Shown one piece after another: positions 29,015 to 38,703 of a stretch of 50,952 bases of DNA (the stretch's first letter is position 1; each line of letters starts with the position of its first letter). Under the pieces are notes generated by a model. It did no database searches. It saw only the letters and a program-made list of their open reading frames with translations, and was not told the DNA's origin. The stretch comes from Pseudobdellovibrionaceae bacterium. Lineage in GTDB: Bacteria; Bdellovibrionota; Bdellovibrionia; Bdellovibrionales; Bdellovibrionaceae. The position numbers and the translations under genes are program-made. Location: positions 1 through 50,952 of the forward strand of contig DATBTE010000389.1 of NCBI GenBank assembly GCA_036559425.1, given 5' to 3'.

Positions 29015-29752
29015 ATGACAGCAGGATATTCTGTTAGAAAATTCCCTATTAAGTCGCCACAGTTCAAACCGCGCTTGATGACCTTTGGGGTAACAACAGG
29101 CCATGCGCAGGTTGAAACTCTGACTTTCCCAGCGGTGGCAGGAGCAACACAAGGTGACTTTGTTGTTCTTTACAACGAGGCAGGACAGTCGATTGCGGCC
29201 TACATTGATATTGATGCAGCAGGAACGGCTCCAACATCGCCGCTCTATACAGCAGCAACTTATAAAGTTGCTATTTCTGTCGCAACTGGTGACTTGGCGG
29301 CAGCCGTCGCAACAGCGTTTAGAACCGCAGTGAATGGCGTTTTGCCTGATGTGACTTTTACTCTTGCTTCAGCAACGTGCATTTGTACTCAAGACATCGT
29401 CGGAGATTGCTCCAATGCTGTTTTGAAAAACTCAGATGGAACAGGTGTTGGCTCAATCACGAATTCTGTCGGAACTGAAGGCCTTGCGGCTGTGATGACG
29501 ACAGGAGGGTACGATGGAACACTTACTCAAACTGCGACTGGGGTTTACACAATCACTTTTGAAAGGCCATTCCTCAGAATACCTGAGTATGGAATCACAA
29601 CTGTGACTGATAACCGTGTTCCGCGCATTTCTTCGGGTACTGTTAGCACGCTAGTGGTTGAAGTGAGCAATCTTTCTGGTGGCGCGACTATTGATGGAAG
29701 CTTCCATGTATTAGTCGTTGGCAGCGACGCCAAGGATGCAATTAGAGGTTAA
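29015..29752 (+). CDS. Virion decoration-like protein with inserted domain
   Basis: N- and C-terminal parts match 28674-29006. Confidence 0.65.
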   Translation: MTAGYSVRKFPIKSPQFKPRLMTFGVTTGHAQVETLTFPAVAGATQGDFVVLYNEAGQSIAAYIDIDAAGTAPTSPLYTAATYKVAISVATGDLAAAVATAFRTAVNGVLPDVTFTLASATCICTQDIVGDCSNAVLKNSDGTGVGSITNSVGTEGLAAVMTTGGYDGTLTQTATGVYTITFERPFLRIPEYGITTVTDNRVPRISSGTVSTLVVEVSNLSGGATIDGSFHVLVVGSDAKDAIRG

Positions 29753-29761
29753 ATAAAATTT

Positions 29762-29800
29762 AAGGGGCTTGTGCTTCTCCTGGGGCACTTGCTTCTTTTT
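29762..29800 (+). terminator. Intrinsic terminator
   Basis: AAGGGGC-TT-GTGCTTC/GGGGCAC-TT-GCTTCTT plus T run. Confidence 0.6.
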
Positions 29801-29835
29801 CACTGAGATGGCGCTTTAATGCAGCCGGAGGAAAT

Positions 29836-30921
29836 ATGTCAGTTAAGGGATATCCATCAAATCAAAAGCTTATTCAATCTGCTTCTGGAATCACGCATAA
29901 TTATGCAACAGTAGTTCCAACGGATGAATACAGAAATGCTTTGGACGCTCCTCGATTCGCATTTCGCGTAAACAGTGCGACAGTTCCGCGCACTTGTGGC
30001 GCATCAACTGGAAATGCTCTATCTGGCCCTACTGTAGTAGTGGACACATCAACGGTTGCTAAAGTCGGGGATATTTTCCGAGCTGAAACTGGGAATGCAG
30101 CCTTCGTTGAAGTCCCTATCGTTTCAGTCTCAACCAATGGATTTATTTTAGCTTCTAGACTTAGTACTCCTCCAGCTTCTGGAGATACTTTTTATATTTT
30201 AAGATCAGTCACTCAAAGGACTGATGAAAACGGTTCGCAGGTTGCGACTATAGATACGGCAGGCCTTGCGACATCGGCCAAGCAAGATGCTGAAGCGGTT
30301 CTGGTTGGCGCAGTCAATGAGACAGCTCCGGCGAGCGATACAGCCTCAAGCGGTTTGAATGGCCGATTACAACGTATTGCTCAAAGAATTACTTCTTTAA
30401 TCGCTTTGCTTCCGGCTTCAATTGGACAAAAGGCAATGACCGCTTCTTTTCCGGTTGTTTTGGCATCCGATCAAGCATCGGTTCCGGTGGCGGCGACGTT
30501 ATCGGCAGAGACAACAAAGGTCATTGGGACCGTGAATCTTTCCGCTGCTCAAACGCTTGCGACAGTAACTACAGTTTCAACCGTCACAGCGGTAACTACT
30601 CTCGGTACAATCACAAATGCAGTTCCAACGAAAGCTCCGGTCAATGCTAACGGTTCAGGTGGTGGACAAACCTCTTTGACAGCGACTACCGCTTCGAGCG
30701 AAGCAGCTCCCGCAAATGCCGTTGGGTTTATTTTGCAAGCAGATCCCGCGAATACAGATCCAATTCGATATAGAATCGGTGCAGCGGCTTCGACGGTAAA
30801 TGGAATTCAGCTCGCGCAATCTCAAGATACTGGCTTCATCCCATGCGCAGCGACGGTTTCAATCTGCGCAACTGTATCAGGGACTAATAAATACGCTATT
30901 CAATGGATTCTTTCTACATAA
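29836..30921 (+). CDS. Virion fibre/spike-like protein
   Basis: T/A/S-rich; GLATSAKQD and SFPVVLASDQ fibre motifs; beta-sandwich C-terminus. Confidence 0.65.
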   Translation: MSVKGYPSNQKLIQSASGITHNYATVVPTDEYRNALDAPRFAFRVNSATVPRTCGASTGNALSGPTVVVDTSTVAKVGDIFRAETGNAAFVEVPIVSVSTNGFILASRLSTPPASGDTFYILRSVTQRTDENGSQVATIDTAGLATSAKQDAEAVLVGAVNETAPASDTASSGLNGRLQRIAQRITSLIALLPASIGQKAMTASFPVVLASDQASVPVAATLSAETTKVIGTVNLSAAQTLATVTTVSTVTAVTTLGTITNAVPTKAPVNANGSGGGQTSLTATTASSEAAPANAVGFILQADPANTDPIRYRIGAAASTVNGIQLAQSQDTGFIPCAATVSICATVSGTNKYAIQWILST

Positions 30922-30931
30922 GGAGAATTTT

Positions 30932-32119
30932 ATGCGCATAATTTTACTTTCTCTCTTAATTTCTTTTCAAGCTTTGGCTGGACTTCCTCCGACTACATCA
31001 AAAGTTTCAGGAGATTCAACCGATCTTACGACATACAAATATCAGTTCCCTAATTTTACCGGAACGCATACTGGAACAACGGTTTCTCTTGGCGTTAATG
31101 CAATAGCAGGCGGTGGAACTAATAACGGTTCCTTGGCTGTAACCAATGGTGGCGTCGTTTATACTGATGGCACAAAGCTAATGAACTCAGGCGCTGGAAC
31201 TGCCAATCAGTATTTGGCTTCAATTGGTGCTGGCGCTCCAGCGTGGACAAGTTTTGTTGCTCCTACGATTCAAAAATTTACCTCAACGGGTACAACAACT
31301 GGTTATAATTTTACAATAACGGCAGGAAACGCAACGGTTGGCGCGACTTATACGAATAATGGTCAAACCTTTACTGTTCTTTCGACTATAGCGGCAGCAA
31401 CAACTCTCTATACAACTGCAACGGGTGCACCAGAGGCTTCTGGCACTCTCACAAAGGCGACGGGCACGGGTGATGCAACTTTAACTTTTTCAGCGGCAAC
31501 GGCGACGGCTACTTACACACTTCCAACAAGCCCGAGAAATCCAGTTTACATTCGCGTAAGAATGGTAGGCGGTGGCGGAGGTGGCGCAGGTTCTGCCGAT
31601 GCTACAAATGACGGCGGTAACGGGGGTGACGGTGCAGCCTCTAGGTTCGGAGCTGCGCTGATAATCGCTAATGGAGGCCTTGGAGGTATAAGTGCAGCAA
31701 GTTCAGGCATTGGTGGTACTGGTGGATCAGCCTCTTTAGGTACTGCAGTGGGCACGTCATTGACCGGAGGTAAGGGGCAAGGCTTCTCTGGAGGAGCTAC
31801 TTCTCAAAGACAGGCTGGCGGCGGCGGCGCACCTTCTCCATTTGGCGGCGCAGGTGGCGGTGGAGCGGCTGCTACCGCTGGGCAAAATGCCTCTGCTAAT
31901 ACTGGCTCAGGTGGCGCAGGTGGTGGTGCTCCTGTTGCTGGATTTAATGGTCCAGGTGGCGGCGCTGGCGGCTTCGCTGATGCTCTCATTACTAGTCCGA
32001 GTGCTACGTATCAATATGTTGTCGGGGCCAATGGAACCGCCGGGACTGCTGGGACTTCTGGTTTTGTAGGCGGCACGGGTGCAGCTGGTTACATCGAAGT
32101 CACTGAGTATTATCAATAA
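30932..32119 (+). CDS. Glycine-rich fibre protein with N-terminal signal peptide
   Basis: SD AAGGAG before ATG 30932; MRIILLSLLISFQALA; GTANQYLAS.GAGAPAW repeat; VRMVGGGGGG glycine-rich domain. Confidence 0.8.
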   Translation: MRIILLSLLISFQALAGLPPTTSKVSGDSTDLTTYKYQFPNFTGTHTGTTVSLGVNAIAGGGTNNGSLAVTNGGVVYTDGTKLMNSGAGTANQYLASIGAGAPAWTSFVAPTIQKFTSTGTTTGYNFTITAGNATVGATYTNNGQTFTVLSTIAAATTLYTTATGAPEASGTLTKATGTGDATLTFSAATATATYTLPTSPRNPVYIRVRMVGGGGGGAGSADATNDGGNGGDGAASRFGAALIIANGGLGGISAASSGIGGTGGSASLGTAVGTSLTGGKGQGFSGGATSQRQAGGGGAPSPFGGAGGGGAAATAGQNASANTGSGGAGGGAPVAGFNGPGGGAGGFADALITSPSATYQYVVGANGTAGTAGTSGFVGGTGAAGYIEVTEYYQ

Positions 32120-32128
32120 GGAAATGTG

Positions 32129-32218
32129 ATGAAACAAGAGCCCTTTAACCAAGCACTTTTTATCGGTGGCATCCTTGCTGTTATTTTACTAGCAGTAATT
32201 TTGAGTACAGGAGTTTAG
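32129..32218 (+). CDS. 29-aa single-TM peptide
   Basis: SD TAAGGA; MKQEPFNQALFIGGILAVILLAVILSTGV. Confidence 0.45.
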   Translation: MKQEPFNQALFIGGILAVILLAVILSTGV

Positions 32219-32221
32219 AAA

Positions 32222-32455
32222 ATGAAACAAATTACAGAGAATACTCTCATTCCGATCTCTTTAGTAATGACGCTTTTGGGAGGTGCGGCCTGGCTGACAG
32301 CGGTTTGGTACGACACAAAAGCGAATGCGGTTTCAATTACAGAAATAAAGTCAGAACAGAAAATTTTGGCCAAGGATTTAGTCGAGATGCAAAAGAAAAC
32401 TATCGAGGATCTAGCCACGATCAAAGTTAAATTAAACATTAAATCTCAGCAATAA
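32222..32455 (+). CDS. Holin-like membrane protein
   Basis: One TM helix plus coiled coil; beside the spanin-like pair. Confidence 0.5.
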   Translation: MKQITENTLIPISLVMTLLGGAAWLTAVWYDTKANAVSITEIKSEQKILAKDLVEMQKKTIEDLATIKVKLNIKSQQ

Positions 32456-32482
32456 AGCTAGAGATAATCTGCGAGGTATTAA

Positions 32483-32683
32483 ATGTTAGAAGGTAAAGAA
32501 GCTGAAGGTTCGTTTGGTGGATTTGGTGGTTACTCAGTAGACATCACTGATAAAGGACTATTGGAAATCGGCGTTTCAGTTCGCATTGATTTGGTTGCTG
32601 AAGCTAAAAAACTTGCTGAAAAAACAGCGACTCCAATTGATGACACTGCAATTGCGTGGCTTGAAAAATTAATGTCCAAATAA
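32483..32683 (+). CDS. Hypothetical protein of the lysis cluster
   Basis: KLAEKTATPIDD motif; SD GAGG. Confidence 0.65.
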   Translation: MLEGKEAEGSFGGFGGYSVDITDKGLLEIGVSVRIDLVAEAKKLAEKTATPIDDTAIAWLEKLMSK

Positions 32684-32692
32684 GGAGCACTC

Positions 32693-32926
32693 ATGACTTG
32701 GCTGATAAACTTACTGGTTCCAGTTATCGAATGGATTCTCAATTTAGGTATTAAGCAATTAATGGCCTGGTGGAAGGAGCGCAAAGATAAGGAAGATGTT
32801 CAGAAAAAGAAATCAGCCGAGTTAGAGCAGTCTAAAAAAGATTTACAAAAAGATTTGAAAGGAGCCGGAGATGATGAAAAAGCTCAAGAAGACGCTATTG
32901 ATAATTTCTTTAAGCGCACTCGCTAG
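32693..32926 (+). CDS. i-spanin-like protein
   Basis: Hydrophobic N-terminus plus coiled coil; overlaps the lipoprotein gene. Confidence 0.5.
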   Translation: MTWLINLLVPVIEWILNLGIKQLMAWWKERKDKEDVQKKKSAELEQSKKDLQKDLKGAGDDEKAQEDAIDNFFKRTR

Positions 32927-33176
32927 TTGCGGAAGCAGCAGCCTGCCGGATGCTCCAGAAATAGAGCAAGGCGCTCCCATTTATGGCACTGATGCCAATG
33001 GTGTGATGTTTGTAAAATACTTTCATCTTGTGAATTCAAAAAATCATGTTGAAACGAATCTTTCTGTTGCTCAAGGCAGGGAGAGAATTCTTTTTATTAC
33101 AGATCTTGAATCTTACAATCGATCTGAGTTGTATGTTGCCGAGCTTGAACGCTTGGCAAAAAAGAGGTGCGAATGA
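32871..33176 (+). CDS. o-spanin-like lipoprotein
   Basis: Lipobox LASC, Pro-rich linker; overlapped Rz/Rz1-like layout. Confidence 0.6.
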   Translation: MMKKLKKTLLIISLSALASCGSSSLPDAPEIEQGAPIYGTDANGVMFVKYFHLVNSKNHVETNLSVAQGRERILFITDLESYNRSELYVAELERLAKKRCE

Positions 33177-33490
33177 TTACGCAAAAACAAAAAATAACTG
33201 GCACTGTGGTAGATAGTGAAGCCGTAACTTTCGACATGGCAAATCTCACTGCTGTTGAATTCCAGGTTACGACTACCGGAACAGCGACAAGCGGAACTTA
33301 TAAAATTCAGAAATCTAATGATGGAACTCACTGGGTTGATATTGCTTCAGCTACAGGAGCTTTCACCACAGCTACAACTTTGATGACAACTTGTACAGGA
33401 GTCGTGGCAAGCCAAGTTCGTTTATTGTGGGGACTTGCAAGCGGAACCGTGACCTATGTAATGTACATTCAAGGTAAGGAGTTGGTCTAA
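33173..33490 (+). CDS. Small beta-sandwich virion protein
   Basis: IQKSNDGTHWVDI..VRL motif; ATGA overlap. Confidence 0.65.
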   Translation: MITQKQKITGTVVDSEAVTFDMANLTAVEFQVTTTGTATSGTYKIQKSNDGTHWVDIASATGAFTTATTLMTTCTGVVASQVRLLWGLASGTVTYVMYIQGKELV

Positions 33491-33864
33491 TGGGATACAT
33501 GAACTCTAGTTTTGGAATTGATACAAATAGAGACTATCTTTACGGAGACTCTCAAGATCCATTTGATATTAATAAACCTCAAGGCCAAGGTTCTTTGGGT
33601 AGCGAGGCAATGAATAAAGAAATAGCAACCAGATTTACTCCTGAGAATGCGGCCGTAACTGGTGGCGCTGGATTCTTAGCTGGCGGCCCTGCTGGCGCAG
33701 CAGTAAGCGTTGGTGGATCTCTCCTTACAAACTATCTTGCGCAAAAAGCCGCGACAGAGCGCCAAAAAAGACAGCAATCCGTTCAAATTGAAAATGAATA
33801 CACAAAAAACATGGGTGATGCCCTCACTCAACAACTTGCCGCTTATCGTGGCGCTTTAAGGTAG
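33490..33864 (+). CDS. Hypothetical, glycine-zipper (internal virion-like) protein
   Basis: GGAGFLAGGPAGAAV plus coiled coil. Confidence 0.65.
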   Translation: MGYMNSSFGIDTNRDYLYGDSQDPFDINKPQGQGSLGSEAMNKEIATRFTPENAAVTGGAGFLAGGPAGAAVSVGGSLLTNYLAQKAATERQKRQQSVQIENEYTKNMGDALTQQLAAYRGALR

Positions 33865-33870
33865 GTAAAA

Positions 33871-34110
33871 ATGAAGCAAGCAATTGATATGATGAAAAAA
33901 GCAATGGCTATGATGGAACAAGCGCAGAGACGAATGAACTCAGCAGAAGATGAAGAAAGCGAAGAAGTCGAAACTGATTATATGCCAACTGAAGACAGTT
34001 CAGATTCTTCCTTTGGAAATTCTAACTCAGGTGGTGAAGAAGATGATCTGGAAGAACGCAAACAGAAAAAAAATATGATTATTGCTTCGATGAAACGAAA
34101 ACAATACTAA
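33871..34110 (+). CDS. Acidic hypothetical protein
   Basis: SD AGGT; in operon. Confidence 0.65.
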   Translation: MKQAIDMMKKAMAMMEQAQRRMNSAEDEESEEVETDYMPTEDSSDSSFGNSNSGGEEDDLEERKQKKNMIIASMKRKQY

Positions 34111-34122
34111 AGAGGATTTGAA

Positions 34123-35028
34123 ATGAGACGTTTAGAAACTTTGATTGATAATTGTCGCGAAATAACCGGAAACAACCGCTATGATTCCGATTCGGGGCGC
34201 AGTCAAAAAGTATTCGTCGAATATTTCAATAACGCTGCGAACTCTTTAGCTAGAGAAATAATTAATGCAAAATCGAAGTTCTTTGTTAAAGAGAAAATAG
34301 TCACGGTTGTTTCAGGGCAAAGCCTTTACTCATGGCCTAATGACATTTTTCTTTTTAATGTGGACACAATGGAATGGTCAACAAATGGAAGAGATTATTT
34401 TCCCTTATCTAAAGGGATTATTAAGGATCGCTTTAATGTTACTTCTGGCACTGCTTTTAGTTATATCCCTAGAAACGACGGTTTTCTCTTAAATCCACCG
34501 CAAACTAGTGGATATGTGAGAATAAATTACATCAAGCAGCCTTCGCGTCTTGAAAAACGCTCTGGAAAGATCACAGCAAGAACTATGGCTGGACAAGTCC
34601 TTTCGGCTCTTACAATAGATTCAACGGAAGCAAGCTTTGATCCTACTTACATAAGCCGAGATAATTATATTTCTGTTGTTGATAAATTTGGGGCGCAGGT
34701 TGCAAAACGAATTGTTTTTACCTCTGTTAATTCGACAACAGGAGTGTTTACTCTTTCGCCGATTACTCTAGATACAGGTGAGACGGTTTCTGTTGGTGAC
34801 TATGTTTGCGTGGGACTAGATTCTTGCAATTTGCCTCCGTACCCTACAACATGTGAAGATTACTTGATGCTCTATGTAGAGTATCAATCAAAATATGGAG
34901 ATGCTTCTAAGTGGTCCGCTGAAATTAAGAACAATCTCGCAGCGGTGGCGGGCCAAATAATTACTTCGTTTGGACTGATGTCTGATGATATCACGCAAAT
35001 TCCAATTACTTGCACAGATTTTTTATAA
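34123..35028 (+). CDS. Head-tail adaptor (tail tubular protein A-like)
   Basis: N-terminal helices, VVSGQSLYSWPND, L.PP...G.VRINY; precedes the nozzle. Confidence 0.7.
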   Translation: MRRLETLIDNCREITGNNRYDSDSGRSQKVFVEYFNNAANSLAREIINAKSKFFVKEKIVTVVSGQSLYSWPNDIFLFNVDTMEWSTNGRDYFPLSKGIIKDRFNVTSGTAFSYIPRNDGFLLNPPQTSGYVRINYIKQPSRLEKRSGKITARTMAGQVLSALTIDSTEASFDPTYISRDNYISVVDKFGAQVAKRIVFTSVNSTTGVFTLSPITLDTGETVSVGDYVCVGLDSCNLPPYPTTCEDYLMLYVEYQSKYGDASKWSAEIKNNLAAVAGQIITSFGLMSDDITQIPITCTDFL

Positions 35029-35037
35029 GGGGATTTC

Positions 35038-38000
35038 ATGCCTCAATTTACCGATAAACATTATGCTGACTTTGGTGGTCTTGATACCACGACTAATCTT
35101 CTTAAGATGGACCCGAAGACTCAACGTCGAGGCTCAAAGAATTTTCGCTATAACAACGATGATCAACTTACTCAACGATACGGGTTTCAACACATTACCG
35201 AATTAAGCTCTGCGTTTAAATTTGGCTTGGCCGAATATAAATACAGAGATTTAAACACAGGCGAATCAAAAGTTGAAATTCTTGGAGTCGGATCAGATGG
35301 ATTTTTACATCGCCTCCGAAACACAAGACTAAAAATTGTGCGTTCGTCTGGTTCTGTCGTCTATTATTCAGTTTTTTATAACGGTGATGATTGGACCTTT
35401 GCTCTTTATGGTTCAGCGATGGATGTTATTTATAGCACTCATTATGACAATACCTATACCCTCAGTCAGCTTGTGACCTACGTAAATTTATCGGCAATTA
35501 CAGGAATAGCGCTTTCGATTGTAGATGAAAATGACAGCGTCGTGACTTGTGCAATCCCTGCGTATCTTATGAATACCGTCATTGTTAAAGAGTTTAGCAC
35601 TGCTGTCACGAATACTGAATACAATGCGCTTTATTACGATGAACTCGTGCAATGTCCAAGCTCTTCTGCTTTATTTCCTGAGGTCTTAGACTCAGCAATA
35701 ACAAGCCTTCCAGATTTTGAAGGTCTCACATCAACAAATCTCAATAACTGTATATATCTGACTTGCGGAGGATTCCCCATAAAGTACGACGGCAAGTCTG
35801 CTTATCGCGCTGGTGTTCCGGCAGTGCTTCCGCAAATAGGAAGTAATCCATTAAATGCTTCTGGAATAAGCGCAGCACAAGCGACGACTACTTTAGAAGT
35901 TGTTTTCACTATTTCCCCAGGGAGTGCGACATTTGGAGCAACTTACACAAACAATGGAGTAACTTTCATCGTATCAGCGACAGTTGTGGGTGCGACTAGC
36001 ATTCTGATGCTTGGAGCAGGGGGCCCTACAGCTTCTGGCACACTGACAAAAGCATCAGGGGCAGGTGACGCGACACTTACTTTTTCAGCAGTGGATCGGG
36101 GGCTCACAGCAGGATCTTATGCGTACAAATTCAAATTTGGCCATATTGATTCAAATGGAGCTGAAAATTTAGGTGATTACGGAGTCTCTAATTATTTTGG
36201 GACTAATGGATATATTCAAAGCCTTCCAAGCGGAGCCGGACATAATTCGATAACTCTTACTTATTATGGATTTGTAAATGACAGCAGGTTCCCAGTTTAT
36301 GCATGCAAAGTAAATGGTGCGCAGAACATTGCAACTGCTGGTGGCACAATTAACGTCGATTCAGGTCACAATATAAAGGTAGGAATGTTAGTTCAAATTC
36401 CTATTTCAAATGCTCCTACTGGATTTAATGGATATTCTTATATCATAAGCAAAGTAACAGCAGTCGCAGCGACAACTATTACTCTTGCAAGCGGTAGAAC
36501 TAGCGGAATTTATCCTTTTGTAACTGGGTCAACGACACTTATAGTTGATAATCAAATTCTTCAAGCTGGATACAGGGAAACATATTTTGACAATACAATT
36601 ACTGATATTCAAACATCAGCCAGACAATGGCAGCCACAGACTATTGTTGGTTCATTCTTAAGAGTTTATAGAACAAAAGTAGGACAAACGACCGGGCCAT
36701 TCTACAAGATGAGAGATCTCCCTTTGCCTCTTGGGGCAATGGGATCAACTTCATTCACTGATATTATTTCAGATGCAAATCTTATAGAAGAATTCGATGA
36801 CTCAGAAGGTGGGCCGCTTCCGCGTGCCTGCCGCTACATCGGTCAATGGCAAAAGCAGCTTGTGCAAGGGGGACGTCCTTACGATACCACCTTAAAAGAT
36901 GACTATTATCCTTCTTATTATGCTGCCGTAAATTTAGTCAATAACTGGTCAACAAATTCAACAGAAGACAGATTTTACATTAATGAAGAGACCGCTCTCT
37001 GCGATTTCCAGAGCGTCTATTGGGCCGATCCATTAAATGCGGAGGCTTTCCCCACATCAGGTCTTAATGAAGAAGATTTTCAAGGAAAACACGCCGATCA
37101 AATTAAAGGATTTGGCGAGAATAAAGAAGCGCTCTTTGTAATGAAAGATCGGACAGCAGGAATGCTTACCGGGACTCTTGCCACAAACGATATTCAAAAA
37201 GAGATTCTTGAGATTGATGCCGGGTGCTCATCCCATAATTCGATTCAGGAAGTAAATGGCTCGCTGGTATGGCTTGACGGTGTTGCAGGATTTTGGGCCT
37301 GCGTTGCTGGAAGATTGCCAGAGTATTTTGGCTGGAAAATCCAAGATGATTTTAGAAAAAACAATCAGAAAGCAAATTCTCAAAAATTATTACCAGGACG
37401 CGCAAAGTCGGTGGTTAACCGCATTGACTCGCAATACATTTGCTATATTCCAGCGGGATATGTCAGTGATGTTGCAACCGGAGATCCCAGCTCTTACTCA
37501 ATCATGTTTGTCTTTGATTTCTCTGCAACCGAGGACGGCAAGAGGAATTGTTGGTATCAATGGCAGGACGTTAGTCCAAATGCAGGATTATTATACACTT
37601 CGACCGATGAGCTTATTTTTTCAGAAAATAGAGCTGCCTCTTATAGACTGTGGAAGCAAAAAAGAACAGCCACTAAGTACGACATGGCCGATCATAATGC
37701 TGCTATTGAGTTTAATGCCAAAAACGCATGGCTCAACTATGGAACGCCTACCATTGATAAAGACTTCGTGAATAGTTGGATCAATTCAGTGGAAGGCGGC
37801 TTCACTCTGACAGTTCAGCAGTATTACAATTACATGGATACCGCGGCGTCTTCCTACAACGTGACGATGCCAACGGGTACTAGCAAGGTCTCAGTGAAGA
37901 AATCAGCTAATCTCAATGTTCCTAAACTTTCAGCACTTTCTCTCGGCTTTTATCACAATACCAAGAATGAACTAGTCACAATCGACGGCTGGGAAGTGGT

Positions 38001-38040
38001 GCTTGCGCAGGATTATGATCCTGGGGAGCCTAAAATTTAA
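35038..38040 (+). CDS. Tail nozzle (tail tubular protein B-like)
   Basis: FGGLDT N-terminus, beta-propeller signatures GCSSHNSI..NGSLVWL; 1000 aa. Confidence 0.75.
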   Translation: MPQFTDKHYADFGGLDTTTNLLKMDPKTQRRGSKNFRYNNDDQLTQRYGFQHITELSSAFKFGLAEYKYRDLNTGESKVEILGVGSDGFLHRLRNTRLKIVRSSGSVVYYSVFYNGDDWTFALYGSAMDVIYSTHYDNTYTLSQLVTYVNLSAITGIALSIVDENDSVVTCAIPAYLMNTVIVKEFSTAVTNTEYNALYYDELVQCPSSSALFPEVLDSAITSLPDFEGLTSTNLNNCIYLTCGGFPIKYDGKSAYRAGVPAVLPQIGSNPLNASGISAAQATTTLEVVFTISPGSATFGATYTNNGVTFIVSATVVGATSILMLGAGGPTASGTLTKASGAGDATLTFSAVDRGLTAGSYAYKFKFGHIDSNGAENLGDYGVSNYFGTNGYIQSLPSGAGHNSITLTYYGFVNDSRFPVYACKVNGAQNIATAGGTINVDSGHNIKVGMLVQIPISNAPTGFNGYSYIISKVTAVAATTITLASGRTSGIYPFVTGSTTLIVDNQILQAGYRETYFDNTITDIQTSARQWQPQTIVGSFLRVYRTKVGQTTGPFYKMRDLPLPLGAMGSTSFTDIISDANLIEEFDDSEGGPLPRACRYIGQWQKQLVQGGRPYDTTLKDDYYPSYYAAVNLVNNWSTNSTEDRFYINEETALCDFQSVYWADPLNAEAFPTSGLNEEDFQGKHADQIKGFGENKEALFVMKDRTAGMLTGTLATNDIQKEILEIDAGCSSHNSIQEVNGSLVWLDGVAGFWACVAGRLPEYFGWKIQDDFRKNNQKANSQKLLPGRAKSVVNRIDSQYICYIPAGYVSDVATGDPSSYSIMFVFDFSATEDGKRNCWYQWQDVSPNAGLLYTSTDELIFSENRAASYRLWKQKRTATKYDMADHNAAIEFNAKNAWLNYGTPTIDKDFVNSWINSVEGGFTLTVQQYYNYMDTAASSYNVTMPTGTSKVSVKKSANLNVPKLSALSLGFYHNTKNELVTIDGWEVVLAQDYDPGEPKI

Positions 38041-38624
38041 TGAGCAACACGAGAATTAAGTCGTTAGCAAAACTGAGAGAATACCGCGCTGGAATGGATA
38101 TGGAAGAATATCTCAGCACAGAATTCTTGCAAAATCTAAATTTTATTGATCAGAAATTAAGAAGTCTCGACCAGGCTGTTGTCGTTAATGACATTTGCGT
38201 GCGCTATACTTCAGCATCTGGCCAGTCCATACCGAGCAGCGTTCTCACTGTTTTAAATTTCGAAACCAAAGACTTTGATAGTGACTCACTCGTCACCGTG
38301 GGCACGTCATGGCGCTTTAAAGCGAAAGAAGATGCCATCTATGAAGCCTCTGGTTTTATCGTTTTCACTTCTGGAGGCGGCTGGGGAGTAGGCGAGGAAG
38401 TTGCCGTTAATATTCACATAAACGGCGTGTCCTATGCGAGAATTGGCGGCGTAATCATGCAAGCAGCGCATGGAACTTATGTCGAGATTCCACTGGTAGC
38501 TTGTCCGTTTAAGCTCAGAACCAATGAGTACATGGACTTGAGGGTTTACCAAAGCTCAGGCGCAAGTTTGTCCCTTCTTGGTGGAATTAATTGGATTTCA
38601 ATCAAGAAGATTGGTGCTTACTAA
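38040..38624 (+). CDS. Tail needle/receptor-binding protein with C1q/TNF-like head
   Basis: N-terminal helix; QSIPS..T.LNF...FD, F.A....YE, L..NEYMDLRVYQ. Confidence 0.65.
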   Translation: MSNTRIKSLAKLREYRAGMDMEEYLSTEFLQNLNFIDQKLRSLDQAVVVNDICVRYTSASGQSIPSSVLTVLNFETKDFDSDSLVTVGTSWRFKAKEDAIYEASGFIVFTSGGGWGVGEEVAVNIHINGVSYARIGGVIMQAAHGTYVEIPLVACPFKLRTNEYMDLRVYQSSGASLSLLGGINWISIKKIGAY

Positions 38625-38703
38625 TGACAAGGCACATGGTTACTATTTACAATTTATTTGATTTCACTTTCTTTGCTCTTTAGTCGGAGCCGGAGGTTTT
38701 AGA

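Noticed and set aside
30800-30931. N-terminal extension of the fibre ORF in the track
   Set aside because: Overlaps the previous gene; the SD supports ATG 30932
31310-36090. DGR template/variable repeat pair
   Set aside because: No reverse transcriptase; differences are not adenine-specific and both copies are coding
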